Below, piece after piece: positions 21,660 through 33,351 of a stretch of DNA of 64,000 nt. The stretch's first letter is position 1. Each line of letters opens with the position of its first letter. The translations under genes were made by a program, and so were the position numbers. Origin of the DNA: an uncultured Planctomycetaceae bacterium (GTDB lineage: Bacteria; Planctomycetota; Planctomycetia; Planctomycetales; Planctomycetaceae); contig CAWFAK010000005.1 in assembly GCA_963813715.1 (NCBI GenBank), positions 1,312,001 to 1,376,000 of the forward strand. The letters are read 5' to 3'. A model generated the notes under the pieces. The model was not told the DNA's origin, did no database searches, and saw nothing but the letters and a program-made list of their open reading frames with translations.

Positions 21660-22007
21660 AAGCCGATCGAGCAGTCCGTCGCGACGCCCCGACAGACGAA
21701 ACGCGGTCGACGCGCAGCGGACCAGCCGGTCGCACAGCGACTCGCCGAGATGGTCCCCAACGATCCGCTCATCCGGCAGGCTCTCTCTCAAACTCTCGAG
21801 CAACAGCGTGCGGCGACAGGTAAGTAATCCGCGCATCCGCCTGCGTTATAATTGGGTCAAAAGCATCCCCAGGCGCCGAGGGCCCTGATCTTGTTTGCGG
21901 CTTGCGTGACTGATCCCGAGCTCCCGCCTTCCTGCAATGAAACTGTGCTTTCCTGAATGACGACGGCGAGGATGGCCAACCGTGTCGCTTGATCTGGTGT
22001 CGGCCTG

Positions 22008-22743
22008 ATGACGGCCCGTTATTACGCTCCCCACTTGTCGGACGCTGACACCTGTTCGCTCGACGGGAGCGAGTTTCATCATCTGGCACACGTGATGCGC
22101 GCCGGCTCGGGCGATTCGATCGAGCTCTTTGACGGAAACGGGAACGTCGCCGAGGCACAGATCGTCGACTTGTCGAAGACGCGCGCCGCCCTGCAGATCT
22201 TGAAACGCGCGCACGACACCGAAGCAGGCCCGACTGTCGTGCTGGCGACGGCCGTCCCCAAGTCCGACCGTTTTCGCTGGCTGGTCGAGAAAGCTACCGA
22301 GCTGGGCGTGAGCCGCCTGATTCCGCTCCAAACCGCTCACAGTGTCACCGAGCCGGGCGCGACCAAGCTCGACAAAATGCGTGCCGTCGTCGTCGAGGCC
22401 TGCAAGCAATCGGGCCGCAATCGGCTGATGACGATTGATAGCCTCACCGATTGGCCGTCGTTTCTCGCCGCCGTTCCCTCGTTGGGCCGCCTGCTGATTG
22501 CTGACCCGGCAGGTGCGGTTCGCGCCAGCCTCTGCGAGCTCCAGCCAAGCCAGCGCCCTGGTGCTCGTCGTCGGACCTGAGGGAGGATTTACCGACACCG
22601 AGATCATTCAGGCCGTTGACGCCGGCGGCCGCTGTATTTCGCTGGGCTCCTCCATCCTGCGGACAGAAACGGCGGCCATCGCACTGGCGGCACTGTGTCT
22701 GTTGCCGGCCCGGGAACGGAATTCCGCGCCGACCGACTCGTAA
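22008..22743 (+). CDS. rsmE: 16S rRNA m3U1498 methyltransferase (frameshift near 22550)
   Basis: HHLAHVMR, EKATELGV, EACKQSGR; second frame VGPEGGF, LGSSILRTETA. Confidence 0.93.
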
Positions 22744-22756
22744 GGAAAACGGACAA

Positions 22757-23153
22757 ATGCCCGCCGCTGTCTCACTTGCGAAGCTCGTCAGCGCCTTGCA
22801 GTTCGCCGGGCCCGGGGCCGTTGTGCAAGTCGACAGGCAGAGCGGTGAAGTGATCGAGGACCCTGCCGGCGCGGTGCCGCCCGACCCGTCAGCCCGTTTT
22901 CAGCCGGTCGCCGTCGAAATTGACGAACTCGAATGCGCGAAGCGGTTCTGCGAAACCGTCGCGGACGTGAACGATCGGGTGCCGCCTTGCCACGGCGCTC
23001 GCCAGTATGCGACCGATGGAGAGCTTTGAGAACACGATTTTTCGCGTCGGCGTGGGCCACGACTGGTTCCCATTTCGTGACCGCCAAGTGGCCAATGCGA
23101 TGCGGGCCTTCCTCAACGCGCAGGGGATCCCGTTCGTCGACGATCTAGGCTAA
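22757..23153 (+). CDS. UPF0158-like protein (frameshift near 22980)
   Basis: MPAAVSLAKLVSAL..VDRQSGEV..AKRFCETV, continuing in the shifted frame as LATAL..FENTI...WFPFRD...FLNAQGI. Confidence 0.6.
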
Positions 23154-23192
23154 TCGGGCCGCCGAGTCTTGTGCGCGAGGAGCCGCGACCGT

Positions 23193-24563
23193 TCAGTGAG
23201 GCGGTTGCCAGCCAGTCAGATGCGCCGGCGTGTGGCCGTTGTGCTGCAGAGCATCGCCCGGATGCGTGGCGGACCCGTTTTGGAGCGTAACCACTGTGCC
23301 CTCTTCATTGAGCCGCTCGACAATCGCCCGTGGCATGCGGCACACCAGCTTCACTCGCGAGTCGATGTACTCGCGGCTCTTGATCTCCGCCCGCTCGGCC
23401 AGAAAGGCGAACAGCTTTCCGTTCCCGGCACCCGTCTCGATCTCGACGTCGGCGTAGCCGTTGGCGAGTCGGGCGGCCACGGCCTCGGCCAGGCGGTCGA
23501 GTCCCTGACCGGTTGCTGCGCTGATCGATACCGAATCCTCGAAGCGGCGCCGGAGGACATCGACAATGCCGCGGTCCCGCACGCAGTCCATCTTGTTGAG
23601 CACGATCAGCGAGTTCGCCGAATTGACGCCAATCTCTTCGAGAACCCGGTTCACCGTGTCGATTTGGGCTTCCGCTTCCGAATCGGCCGCGTCGACGACG
23701 TGGATCAGGAGGTCGGCATGCCGCGCCTCTTCGAGCGTCGAGCGAAACGAGGCCACCAGGTGGTGCGGCAAGTTGCGCACGAACCCGACGGTGTCGCTCA
23801 AGAGGACTTCGCCCCAATGTGGGATATGCCAGCGGCGAGTCCGCGTATCGAGGGTGGCAAAGAGCTTGTCGGCCACGTAGACCTCGGAGCCGGTGAGCGC
23901 GTTCATCAACGTGCTCTTGCCCGCGTTGGTGTAACCGACGATCGAGACCGTAAGTTGCTCACGGCGGGCGGAAACTGTCCGCTCGCGCCGTTTCTCGACT
24001 TCGGCGAGCCGCTTCTTGAGTTCGGCGATCCTTTTATCGATTAGCCGGCGGTCGGTTTCGATCTGCTTTTCGCCAGGACCACGGCCGGTGCCGACACCGC
24101 CTTCGATGCGCTCGAGGTGGCTCCAGCGTTTGCGCAGCCGATTGCGGAAGTACTGAAGTTGGGCCAACTCGACCTGCAGACGCGACTCGTAGGTCCTGGC
24201 CCGGCTGGCGAAGATGTCCAGAATCACTTCGCTGCGGTCAACGATGATCCGGCCGGTCTCTTTTTCGAGGTTTCGCTCTTGGGAGGGGGTGAGATCGTTG
24301 TCGAAGACGACCAGGTCGGCCCCGCAGACGTCGACCATCTGCTTGAGCTCGTCGAGCTTGCCCTTTCCCAGGCAGGTCGCGGGAATCATTCGTCCCCGCA
24401 CCTGGGTCATGCGACCCACGACCTTGACGCCGGCCGTCTTCACCAACCCAGCCAGCTCGTCGAGAGCATGCTCCCGATTGGCCTTTTGCGCGGGATCCAG
24501 GACGCCGACCAGGATCGCCTTGCTTTGCTGGACACGCAAATCTTCGCGTTTGGGATCAGTCAA
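23193..24563 (-). CDS. hflX: GTPase HflX
   Basis: ILDIFASRA, GPGEKQIETDRR, GYTNAGKS, LFATLD, DTVGF, NKMD, SA.TG. Confidence 0.97.
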   Translation of the reverse strand: MTDPKREDLRVQQSKAILVGVLDPAQKANREHALDELAGLVKTAGVKVVGRMTQVRGRMIPATCLGKGKLDELKQMVDVCGADLVVFDNDLTPSQERNLEKETGRIIVDRSEVILDIFASRARTYESRLQVELAQLQYFRNRLRKRWSHLERIEGGVGTGRGPGEKQIETDRRLIDKRIAELKKRLAEVEKRRERTVSARREQLTVSIVGYTNAGKSTLMNALTGSEVYVADKLFATLDTRTRRWHIPHWGEVLLSDTVGFVRNLPHHLVASFRSTLEEARHADLLIHVVDAADSEAEAQIDTVNRVLEEIGVNSANSLIVLNKMDCVRDRGIVDVLRRRFEDSVSISAATGQGLDRLAEAVAARLANGYADVEIETGAGNGKLFAFLAERAEIKSREYIDSRVKLVCRMPRAIVERLNEEGTVVTLQNGSATHPGDALQHNGHTPAHLTGWQPPH

Positions 24564-24754
24564 TTGAGCGAAAAAACCTCCACTGGTGACATGTCATCTC
24601 GCGGGACTCTTCCCGCCGGTCGCCTGAGGCGCGATTGGGTGGACCTCAAACCGTCAATTTCAGTCTACGACGGCAATTGGACCTGGGCAATGAGGGAACT
24701 CGGCCTGCGACCGTTCAAGGAGACACGAAGCGGAAGGCGAAGGTTCGTTCGCGC

Positions 24755-24797
24755 AAAAGGAAAGAGGCCGAGGCAAGCGGGCCTGCCTCGGCCTTTG
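24755..24797 (-). terminator. Strong terminator-like hairpin about 200 nt upstream of hflX
   Basis: aggccgaggca-N8-tgcctcggcct 11-bp stem; minus-strand tail ctttcctttt, short T tail on plus as well. Confidence 0.6.
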
Positions 24798-25238
24798 ATT
24801 GGTGTGTCGGCAAGGGGTGCCGAAAGCGGTGGGATGTAGCCCGTCTCCACGGGCCGGTGGGAAAAAGTCTCTCTCACTCCTCTTTGAAAACCACCGGGCT
24901 CTCACCTCCGGCGGTCGTGCGTGCGACTTCTGGGTCTCACTCACGCCTAACTAGAAAAGCACGTTCGGTGCCGACGCCGGCAGAAAATTGATTTTGAGCC
25001 CTCGATTCGCCGCAACACCTTTTGCGAAATGCACTAATGAGAATTACGGCCGCTTCCATTCATCTGCGGCGCGAATTGCAATTTTTGCAAGTCCTACCAG
25101 CGCCCGCCGCCCGGCTTGCAAGTCTGACAAAATCGCTCGTCCGCGGGCAGCGAGCTCGTTCGTCATTTTAGCCCGTCATCGGTATGCTGAGTCTTCTGCG
25201 CAGTCAGCCCTTTCTCACCTGCCGAGCAACCACCCGCC

Positions 25239-26240
25239 ATGCCAGTCGCCCTGATCACGCCCGAGGAAATGATCCGGAATCCGGGTCCTGAGGCCCATAT
25301 CCTGCGAGACGCCGGATTCGAAGTCCGCTACCCGGCTGACACCACGTTCACACGCGGGCTGGGAACCGAAGAGGAGACGATTCGCACTGTTCGCGGCGCG
25401 AGTGCTCTGATCGCCGGCGGCGAGTGGCTCACCGAAAAGGTCTTTGCCGCGGTCCCCGAGCTGCGAGTCGTCGCCCGGGCCGGTGTCGGCTACGACCGTG
25501 TCGATGTGCCGGCGGCGACGCGCCACGGCGTAGCGGTGACGATTACCCCCACGGCCAACCACGCGTCGGTTGCGGAGCACACGCTGTCGCTGCTGTTCGG
25601 TATGTCGCGCCTAGTGGCCCTCAACGACCGCACGCTACGGGGCGGCCAATGGATTCGGCGGCTACTGCTCCCCGTCCGCGGGCGCACGATGGGCCTGGTC
25701 GGGCTGGGCCGCATTGGACGCAGCACGGCCGTCCGCTGTATCGCCCTGGGGATGAAAGTCATCGCTTACGAGGTCAAGCCGGACGCCGCGTTCGTGAAAC
25801 AGCACGGTATCGAGCTGGTCGGCTTCGACGGCCTGTTGAGTCAGTCCGACGTCGTCAGCCTGCACTGCCCGCTTTTGGACGAAACGCGGGGACTGATGAA
25901 TGCGGCCGCCTTCGCCAAAATGAAACCAGGCAGCCTGTTCATCAACACAGCCCGCGGCGGACTGGTCGTGGAGAAGGACTTGATCGCGGCCTTGCAATCG
26001 GGCCATCTCGGCGGGGCCGGGCTCGACGTCTTCGAGCAGGAGCCGCCCGACCCCCAGAATCCGCTGTTCAAAATGGATCAGGTGGTCGTCACTCCCCACA
26101 TCGGCGGAGGCGATACGCAGTCGGTCGCCGAGATGGGGGCCGAAGCCGCACACTGTGCCGTATCGCTGTATCGCGGTCAGTGGCCGGAAGGGGCGGTCGT
26201 TAACGATTCCCTCAGGAACGGCTGGCAGTGGGCTCGCTAG
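25239..26240 (+). CDS. D-2-hydroxyacid / phosphoglycerate dehydrogenase family
   Basis: RAGVGYD, SVAEH, GLGRIG, LHCPL, INTARG, LDVFEQEP, TPHIGG. Confidence 0.93.
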   Translation: MPVALITPEEMIRNPGPEAHILRDAGFEVRYPADTTFTRGLGTEEETIRTVRGASALIAGGEWLTEKVFAAVPELRVVARAGVGYDRVDVPAATRHGVAVTITPTANHASVAEHTLSLLFGMSRLVALNDRTLRGGQWIRRLLLPVRGRTMGLVGLGRIGRSTAVRCIALGMKVIAYEVKPDAAFVKQHGIELVGFDGLLSQSDVVSLHCPLLDETRGLMNAAAFAKMKPGSLFINTARGGLVVEKDLIAALQSGHLGGAGLDVFEQEPPDPQNPLFKMDQVVVTPHIGGGDTQSVAEMGAEAAHCAVSLYRGQWPEGAVVNDSLRNGWQWAR

Positions 26241-26274
26241 TTCCGCTCCTTGCGTTGCTCCGCTGGGGATACCG

Positions 26275-28002
26275 ATGAAGAAGCTGTTGCTGGTGTGCTT
26301 TTTATGCTGCGCAGCACTCGGCCGCACGCTGGGCGGCCAACCAACCGATGACACACCGAAACTGGTTGTGGTCGTTAGCGTCGATCAATTCGCGTACGAA
26401 TACCTGGAACGCTTTCGTGCGGGGTTCGACGACAAGGGCATCTTTCGCCGCATCGAACGCGACGGAGCCTGGTACACAAACTGTCATCATCGCCACGGCG
26501 TGACGACGACCGCTCCCGGGCACTCGGTCCAGTTGACCGGGGCCTACCCCTCGACCAACGGCATCGTCGACAACGGTTGGCTCGATCGTGCGACCGGCAA
26601 GCAAGTCTATTGCGTGGCTGACCCCACAGCCCGGCTGATCGGCCCCGTGGCCGGCGATCAGCCTGTGTCGCCACGCAACCTGCTAGCCGACACGCTGGGC
26701 GATCGACTCAAGATCGTCACCGCGGGACGATCGAAAGTCTTCGGCCTGGCGATCAAGGATCGGGCCTCGATCTTGATGGCCGGGCACGCGGCCGACGGCG
26801 CGTTCTGGGTGAGCGAGAGCGGCCGCTGGATTACCACCAACTACTACCGCGACCAACTGCCCACTTATCTGCGCAGCTGGAATGATTCCGACGCGCCGCT
26901 GCGCTTCGGCGGAAAGACGTGGGAGCTGCTTTACGAACGCAGTCGATATCGGCACGCGGCGGGGGACGACACCTTCGGCGAGCGGCCGCTGCACGGGATG
27001 ACCGCCAGCTTTCCGCACAAGATTCCCGACGCTGGCGCGCGAAATTACGTGCGCTTCGTCGCCTATTCGCCCTTCGGTACGGAAATCACGCTCGAAGCGG
27101 CCCGGCTCGTCATCGCGGACGAAAAACTGGGACGGGATGAATTCCCCGACCTGTTGACCATCAATCTCTCCTCGAACGATTACGTCGGCCACACGTTCGG
27201 TCCGGAGAGCCTCGAGGTCGAGGATATGACCTATCGCACCGATCGGATGCTCGGCGAATTCGTTGATTTCATCAATGAGCGGTTGGAGGGACGGCCCTGG
27301 CTGTTTGTACTGACGGCCGACCACGGCGTCGCACCTATCCCGGAGCGCATGGACCGATTGAAATTCGCCGCCGTACGCGACCCGATCGTGGCCGACGGTA
27401 AGGAGCCAGGGACAACACACCAGATGCTCGAGGCCTATCTGCGCGAGAAGCTGGGCGTGAAGCCCGGCGGACCGGATCTCGTGGTGAGTGTAATTGAGAG
27501 CCAAATTTACCTGCGCAACGACCATCCGGCGCTGAAGGGATCGGCTTTCGTCGAGGCGCAGCGGCTGACGCGGGACTGGCTCTTGTCCCAGCAGCACGTC
27601 GCGGCGGCCATCACTCGCGAGCAGATTCTGTCCGGCGGTCTCAACGGGCCTCTCGAGACGGCGCTCCGACTTTCATTCCACCCTCGCCGCTCGGGCGACG
27701 TGCTCTTCTGCCTGGAACCGTACGACATCCAGGGCAACGTCGCCGCCACGCACGGCAGCCCCTGGGACTACGACACGCATGTCCCGCTTTTGGTGCTCGA
27801 ACAGGGTCACGCCGCACCCGCAGCCCGAGTCCCGGCCGGTGAATTCCGACGTCGGGTCAGTCCGGCCTGCATCGCGCCCACGCTCGCCGAGCTGATGCAC
27901 GTGCCGCCGCCGGGCGGCTGCGTGGAGGAGCCGTTGTTCGAGCTGTTGCCGCGACCTTCGCGCTCGCGCAACGAGCAAGGCGCGCCAAACCGAACTCGCT
28001 GA
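26275..28002 (+). CDS. Alkaline phosphatase superfamily protein (PafA-like)
   Basis: Signal peptide; VSVDQF, TTAPGH (Thr nucleophile), KDRASI, DYVGH, TADHG, HGSPWDYDTHVP. Confidence 0.9.
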   Translation: MKKLLLVCFLCCAALGRTLGGQPTDDTPKLVVVVSVDQFAYEYLERFRAGFDDKGIFRRIERDGAWYTNCHHRHGVTTTAPGHSVQLTGAYPSTNGIVDNGWLDRATGKQVYCVADPTARLIGPVAGDQPVSPRNLLADTLGDRLKIVTAGRSKVFGLAIKDRASILMAGHAADGAFWVSESGRWITTNYYRDQLPTYLRSWNDSDAPLRFGGKTWELLYERSRYRHAAGDDTFGERPLHGMTASFPHKIPDAGARNYVRFVAYSPFGTEITLEAARLVIADEKLGRDEFPDLLTINLSSNDYVGHTFGPESLEVEDMTYRTDRMLGEFVDFINERLEGRPWLFVLTADHGVAPIPERMDRLKFAAVRDPIVADGKEPGTTHQMLEAYLREKLGVKPGGPDLVVSVIESQIYLRNDHPALKGSAFVEAQRLTRDWLLSQQHVAAAITREQILSGGLNGPLETALRLSFHPRRSGDVLFCLEPYDIQGNVAATHGSPWDYDTHVPLLVLEQGHAAPAARVPAGEFRRRVSPACIAPTLAELMHVPPPGGCVEEPLFELLPRPSRSRNEQGAPNRTR

Positions 28003-28100
28003 AACAGCGGTCGTGGCTGTGGTTGTCGTAGCGGTGTTGCGGGGGATGATGAGCGGGAGAGGAGGTTGCTTGGGCCAGCCGTCGCCTGAGAAGCGTCGGC

Positions 28101-29058
28101 TTAGTTGCCCATCGATTGCGTAGCCGAGCCCCGCGCGATGCGGGTGATCTGATCGCCTTCAATGCGATATTGGGCCTTGCCGCGAGAGTCGACGTGCATC
28201 GTGTCGACTCGCCCTTCGATGCGCACCACGTCGCCGTCATGCAGCGTGGCCAGCTTGGGGCAGTCGACCAGGCGGAAGGCACCGCCGTAGTGATCGTGCC
28301 GATCCGGATGGCGCGAATAGATGATGTGCCACGACCGATCGTGTGTGTCGAAATCGACGAAGCCCTGCAGCCACGCGTAGCCGGTGCGGTCGTAATCGCA
28401 AGGGTCGCTCCCGTCGATGACGGGTCCCGGTCCCGAGCGGCCCGCGACGGCCACCAGTCCGTCGCGCTCGCGGCGCGGGCCTTCGATGGGACTCTCAAAC
28501 GTTTGCGGATCGACGGTGGCCACGGCATGCGACGGGCCGTCCAGTCGCTGCGGTATGGTCAGCTGAGCCCCCTTCTCGAAGGTTCCCGCCGAACCGTCAC
28601 CACCGAACGGACTGTTCGACTGGTTCGGTCGCGGAGCGGGACCGGCCGGCGCCATCTCCGGTGCAAGATCGCGCTCAATCGGCGTCGGCACGGGATTGTC
28701 GGCTGGCTTGCGGGCGCCCGAGTTGCCGAACGTGGGCGTCGGGTCATTGAAACTGCTGTTGCCCGGCGGCGTCGACGGCAGCGGACCAGGCGAGATTGGC
28801 GCCGGTGACGGCGTCAGAGGAGACGACGGAGACGGCTGCCAGGCCGGCGTGGGCGTCACGGCCGGGCCTAGCTGTGGCGAGGGGAAACTCGGGCCGGGCG
28901 TGACGATCGCGCCTCCTGGCGGCGGACCGTAGCCCGCTGGCGGCGCGTAGTAGCCCGGATAAGTGCCGTAGGTATAGTTCCCGGGATACATGCAGCCCGC
29001 TAACGCGAGCGGGGCTGCGGCGCAAAGTCGAGCGCCACATCCAGCGAGTGGAGTTCAT
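28101..29058 (-). CDS. Pro/Tyr-rich putative lipoprotein with a conserved-looking C-terminal beta domain (frameshift in the signal peptide near 29010)
   Basis: MNSTRW.. / LALAGC-MYPGNY, Pro-rich linker, YDRTGYAWLQG...WHIIY...HYGG...GDVVRIEG. Confidence 0.65.
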
Positions 29059-29331
29059 GGGTCGAGTTCCTTGCGAACGTCGAAACGAGAACGACGGGGG
29101 ATCGATCTCGAGCGGGGGATTTGACGGCGCCGTTTCGCCATCGGGTCGAACGGAGATGCAGGCACACGGCGCAGGCCTGCAATCCCACTTTCTGGCGGGC
29201 GGAATTCTAGGCATCCGCCCGATTGTGTCCAGACCGATTCCGGACCCCAGCCGGCATTTCCGCGGGCAAGGGAAGCCTGCGTGAATTCTTCGGCAGAAAC
29301 CGCCGAAACGCGAAAACTTTGGGCAATCCAG

Positions 29332-29892
29332 TCAAGCTGCAACGAGGCCCAATTCGGGCGCTATGGACTGCATGGCGCGAATGCAAAAGTCGATGTGCTC
29401 GTCGAGCTCGACTCCCAAGTCGAGCGCGCCTTGAGTGATGTCTTCGCGCTTGACGGCGGCGGCAAACGAGGCCTGCTTCATCTTCTTGCGAACGCTCTTC
29501 GCATCCAGCCCATCGAGACGTGTCGGGCGCACCAGTGCACACGCGGTGATGAAGCCGCACAGCTCGTCGCACGCGTACAGCGTCTTATCCAATTTGGAAA
29601 CGCGCGGGCAGTCGGGCAGATAGTCCGCGTGCGACTTGATGGCATAGATCACGTCGGCCGGGTACCCCCGCTCGGCGAGAATGGCCGAGCCTTTGAGCGG
29701 ATGATCGGGCGGATCGGGCCAACGCTCGTAGTCGAAATCGTGCAGCAGGCCGACGGAGCCCCACTTCTCCTCGTCTTCGCCGAACTTGCGGGCGTAGGCG
29801 CGAACCGCCACCTCGACCGCCAGCATGTGCCGCACCAGGTTCTCGTTCTTGGTGTAATCTCGAACTAAAGACAGATCAGCGTCGCGGCCCAC
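29332..29892 (-). CDS. HD-domain (HDIG) metal-dependent hydrolase
   Basis: RHMLAVE, GLLHDFDYE, HP, SH, DELCG, KSVRKK..FAA. GTG start with GGGAG RBS. Confidence 0.88.
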   Translation of the reverse strand: MGRDADLSLVRDYTKNENLVRHMLAVEVAVRAYARKFGEDEEKWGSVGLLHDFDYERWPDPPDHPLKGSAILAERGYPADVIYAIKSHADYLPDCPRVSKLDKTLYACDELCGFITACALVRPTRLDGLDAKSVRKKMKQASFAAAVKREDITQGALDLGVELDEHIDFCIRAMQSIAPELGLVAA

Positions 29893-30153
29893 AGCAGTCA
29901 GCTCCCTGATGAATTTCGATTGAAGGCCCAGCAGAACAGCAATCGCCTCGCCGATTGTAGTCACCGCAATTCGACGCGCGGAGCGTGTCCGCACAGGCTT
30001 GCGAGTCGGCGGCCCATGCGTCACAAGGGACCCATGCCTCAATTCGTAGCGTCTAATAACGGCGACCGAATCCGGCTCGGCGACATTCGGTCCGCTCGCC
30101 GCTCCGCCAAGTCGAGACGTCTCGCCGGGCCATTCAACGGCGTTTGGGCGTGG

Positions 30154-31149
30154 ATGGCGCGATTGCTGATTCTCCTGTCGCTCGTCGGGTGCACAGGATC
30201 AACTACAACGGAACCGAAAGCGGGCGCGCCGACAGAGACTTCAAACTCCGGCGAGAATTCCCCGATCCACGTGGAGTTGGCACTCAACTGGTTTCCCGAA
30301 GCCGAGCATGGCGGCTATTTCGCGGCGCTCGTGAAAGGCTATTACCGTGACGCCGGACTCGACGTGAAGATCCTCCCAGGGGCCGCAAGTTCGGCCGTCC
30401 TGCAGCGGGTGGCCCGCAACCAGGTCGCCTTCGGCGTCGAAAACGCCGACCGCATCCTGCTGGGGCGTGCGCAACAGGCCGACGTGATCGCCCTTCTGGC
30501 GCCGATTCAAAAGAGTCCCCGCGGCATCATGGTCCATGCTGACTCGGGATTCGCGAAGATCGCCGACATTGCCGACGTCACGCTCGCGGTCAACAGCGGC
30601 GCGCCGTGGGTCGCCTATTTGAAGGCTCGCGCCCCGCTCGCCAATGTCCGATTTGTCCCCTACCCCGGCAGCGTCGCCCGGTTTCTGGTCGACAGGAAGT
30701 ACGCTCAGCAAGCCTACGTGTTCAGCGAGCCCTACGTCGCCCGAGAAAAAGGGGCGGATGCTCGCTGCCTGCTCGTGGCCGACCTTGGCTTCAACCCTTA
30801 CACCAGCGTGCTCTTTACGAACGCGGAAACGCTCGCCACGCAACCGGAGGTTGTCGGCAAGTTCGTGTCGGCCTCACTCAAAGGCTGGCAGACGTACCTC
30901 GAGCGGCCCGAAGAAACCAACCGCTATCTCCAGGAAGTAAATCCCGAAATGACCCAGGGGATCCTCGAGTATGGCGTGCAGGCCCTGCGTCCGCTCTGCC
31001 TCGACGGTTTGCCCGGTTCCGCGGCGATCGGGCGGATGACGCTCGAACGTTGGCAAACGCTGGCCGGCCAACTTGTCGAGGTCGGAGCCTTGAAGTCGGA
31101 CGCCGTCGATCCACGGTCGGCGTTCACCACGAAATTCCTGCTGAAGTAG
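30154..31149 (+). CDS. ABC transporter substrate-binding lipoprotein (NMT1/THI5-like)
   Basis: Lipobox LVGC; LNWFPEAEHGGYFAA..GYY..AGLDV.I.PG; EP; YTSVL. Confidence 0.88.
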   Translation: MARLLILLSLVGCTGSTTTEPKAGAPTETSNSGENSPIHVELALNWFPEAEHGGYFAALVKGYYRDAGLDVKILPGAASSAVLQRVARNQVAFGVENADRILLGRAQQADVIALLAPIQKSPRGIMVHADSGFAKIADIADVTLAVNSGAPWVAYLKARAPLANVRFVPYPGSVARFLVDRKYAQQAYVFSEPYVAREKGADARCLLVADLGFNPYTSVLFTNAETLATQPEVVGKFVSASLKGWQTYLERPEETNRYLQEVNPEMTQGILEYGVQALRPLCLDGLPGSAAIGRMTLERWQTLAGQLVEVGALKSDAVDPRSAFTTKFLLK

Positions 31150-31197
31150 CCGTTCTTGAGGCGCTCGAGCAAAGCCGTTCGCTCCGGCTAGGTCGCG

Positions 31198-33351
31198 CTA
31201 CTTGCCCATTCCCGGCATATCGCAGGAGAGGCCGCCGGCCGCCGGGACGTACGTGTGACGGACGTAGTCCATCACCATCCGGTCCGCGTTGAATCGCCAA
31301 CCCAGGGTGCGGACGGCCCGCTTCATCCGCGAGATCCATTTTTGCGGTAGATCGTCGGCGTCCCGTTCATAGAAGAGGGGAATCGCCTCGTGCACGAGGA
31401 CGTCGTACAGACTCTGCGCGTCGCGTTCGTCCTGGATGCTCTGATCGACGTGCGAGGTGCCGTTGCCGATCGCAAAACCGTTGTTGCCGTCGAAAGCTTC
31501 TGCCCACCAGCCGTCGAGGATCGAGCAGTTGAGACCGCCGTTGAGAACAACTTTTTGGCCGCTGGTTCCCGAGGCCTCGAGCGGGCGACGCGGCGTGTTG
31601 AGCCAGACGTCGACCCCCTGCACGATGTGCCGGCCCAGGTTGATGTCGTAATCCTCCAACACCACCACGCGTCCGATGAAGGGCTCGCTCTGGGACATGC
31701 GAAAGATTCGCTGTAAGAGCGCCTTCCCCTGATCGTCGGCCGGGTGAGCCTTGCCGGCGAAAATAAATTGCACCGGGCGATCCGCGTCAGTGAGGATCTT
31801 GGCGATGAGATCCAGATCGCGCATCACGAGGTCGGCCCGCTTGTACGGAGCGAATCGTCGCGCGAAGCCGATCGTCAGCGCCTCGGGTCGGAGACTCTGG
31901 CTCAATCTCTGCAAGATCGGGTCGTCGAGGCCCCGGCGTTCCCCCTGGGCCACCAGCCGCGTCCGCGCGTAAACGATCAGCCGGTTCTTGAGCGACTGGT
32001 GGGTCTCCCAAAGTTCGCCGGGCGTCACCTGCTCAAAGCCGGCCCAGACTTGCGGCTCGCCGGTACGGAGATACCAGCTGATCGGCAGGACACGGTCGTA
32101 CAGGACGCGCATCTGGGCGGCCAGCCACGTGGGGACGTGCACGCCGTTGGTGATATGGCCGATCGGGATTTCTTCCTCGCTGCGCCACGGCCAAAGACTG
32201 GCCCACATCCGCCGGCTGACGATGCCGTGCAGACTGGACACGGCATTGGCGTGCCGGCTGAGACGGAACGCGAGCACCGTCATGCAGAACGATTCGTGCG
32301 GATTCTGCGGATCGACGCGGCCCAAACCCACCAGGCTGTGATGCTGCAGCCCCAGCTCGTCACCCAAGGGGCCGACGTGTTCTTCGATCAGGCCGGCGTC
32401 AAAGCGGTCGTGTCCGGCCGGCACCGGCGTATGGGTCGTGAATACTCCCATCGCGGCTGTCTCGCGAAGCGCTTCGTCAAAGCTCAGCCCGTCCTCGCGC
32501 ATGCGGGCGCGGATGAACTCCAGCGGCGCGAAGGCTGAGTGCCCTTCGTTCATGTGGATCACGCTGGGACGGATGCCCAGAGCGGAAAGCGCCCGGGCTC
32601 CACCAATCCCGAGAATGATCTCCTGCCGAATGCGGGTCCGCTGGTCGCCCCCGTAGAGGCGGGCCGTCAGGTGCCGGTCCTCGTCCTTGTTTTGCGGGAC
32701 GTTCGTGTCGAGCAGAAACAGTCGGACGCGGCCGACGTTGACTTGCCACACCCGGGCGAAAATCTTACCGGTCCGCGTGTTGACCGAGACGACGACCGGA
32801 TTGCGATCGCGATCGAGGGCCGGGAGGATGGCCAGGCGGTTCGCGTCGACCTTGGAGTAGGACTCCTGCTGCCAGCCGTTTTCGTCGATGCGCTGCGAGA
32901 AATAGCCCTCAACGTAAAACAGCCCCACGCCGACCAGCGGAATGCCCAGGTCGGACGCACTCTTCAGGTGGTCGCCGGCCAGCACGCCCAGGCCGCCCGA
33001 GTAAATCGGCAGCGATTCGTGGAGTCCGAACTCAGCGGAGAAATAGGCCGCCGGCCGGTTGCCGAGAATTCCGGAATGCGTCGAGCCCCACGTGTCAGTC
33101 GAGTCCATGTACTCGACCAGGCGGCGATACGCGCCGTTAATTCGCGAATGGAGGACTTCCTCGCGGCAGCGCTGTTCGAGCCGTTCCGGTGGATACTCTT
33201 CCAGCAGTGCGACCGGGTTGTGCGCCAGTTGCGACCAGCGGACGGGGTCGATCTCGCGAAAGATCTGGGTGACTTCCGGCTGCCAGCTCCACCAATAGTT
33301 GCTGGCCAGCCGCGACAGCTTTTCGTGAACGCTCTGCTGAGTTTTCGACAT
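31198..33351 (-). CDS. glgP: Alpha-glucan (glycogen) phosphorylase
   Basis: [61 protein letters not shown]. Confidence 0.96.
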   Translation of the reverse strand: MSKTQQSVHEKLSRLASNYWWSWQPEVTQIFREIDPVRWSQLAHNPVALLEEYPPERLEQRCREEVLHSRINGAYRRLVEYMDSTDTWGSTHSGILGNRPAAYFSAEFGLHESLPIYSGGLGVLAGDHLKSASDLGIPLVGVGLFYVEGYFSQRIDENGWQQESYSKVDANRLAILPALDRDRNPVVVSVNTRTGKIFARVWQVNVGRVRLFLLDTNVPQNKDEDRHLTARLYGGDQRTRIRQEIILGIGGARALSALGIRPSVIHMNEGHSAFAPLEFIRARMREDGLSFDEALRETAAMGVFTTHTPVPAGHDRFDAGLIEEHVGPLGDELGLQHHSLVGLGRVDPQNPHESFCMTVLAFRLSRHANAVSSLHGIVSRRMWASLWPWRSEEEIPIGHITNGVHVPTWLAAQMRVLYDRVLPISWYLRTGEPQVWAGFEQVTPGELWETHQSLKNRLIVYARTRLVAQGERRGLDDPILQRLSQSLRPEALTIGFARRFAPYKRADLVMRDLDLIAKILTDADRPVQFIFAGKAHPADDQGKALLQRIFRMSQSEPFIGRVVVLEDYDINLGRHIVQGVDVWLNTPRRPLEASGTSGQKVVLNGGLNCSILDGWWAEAFDGNNGFAIGNGTSHVDQSIQDERDAQSLYDVLVHEAIPLFYERDADDLPQKWISRMKRAVRTLGWRFNADRMVMDYVRHTYVPAAGGLSCDMPGMGK

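Noticed and set aside
24806..24845. c-di-GMP-I riboswitch (GGCAA...GAAA...GGGA)
   Set aside because: The sequences flanking GAAA do not pair, and the GCAAAGCC element is missing.
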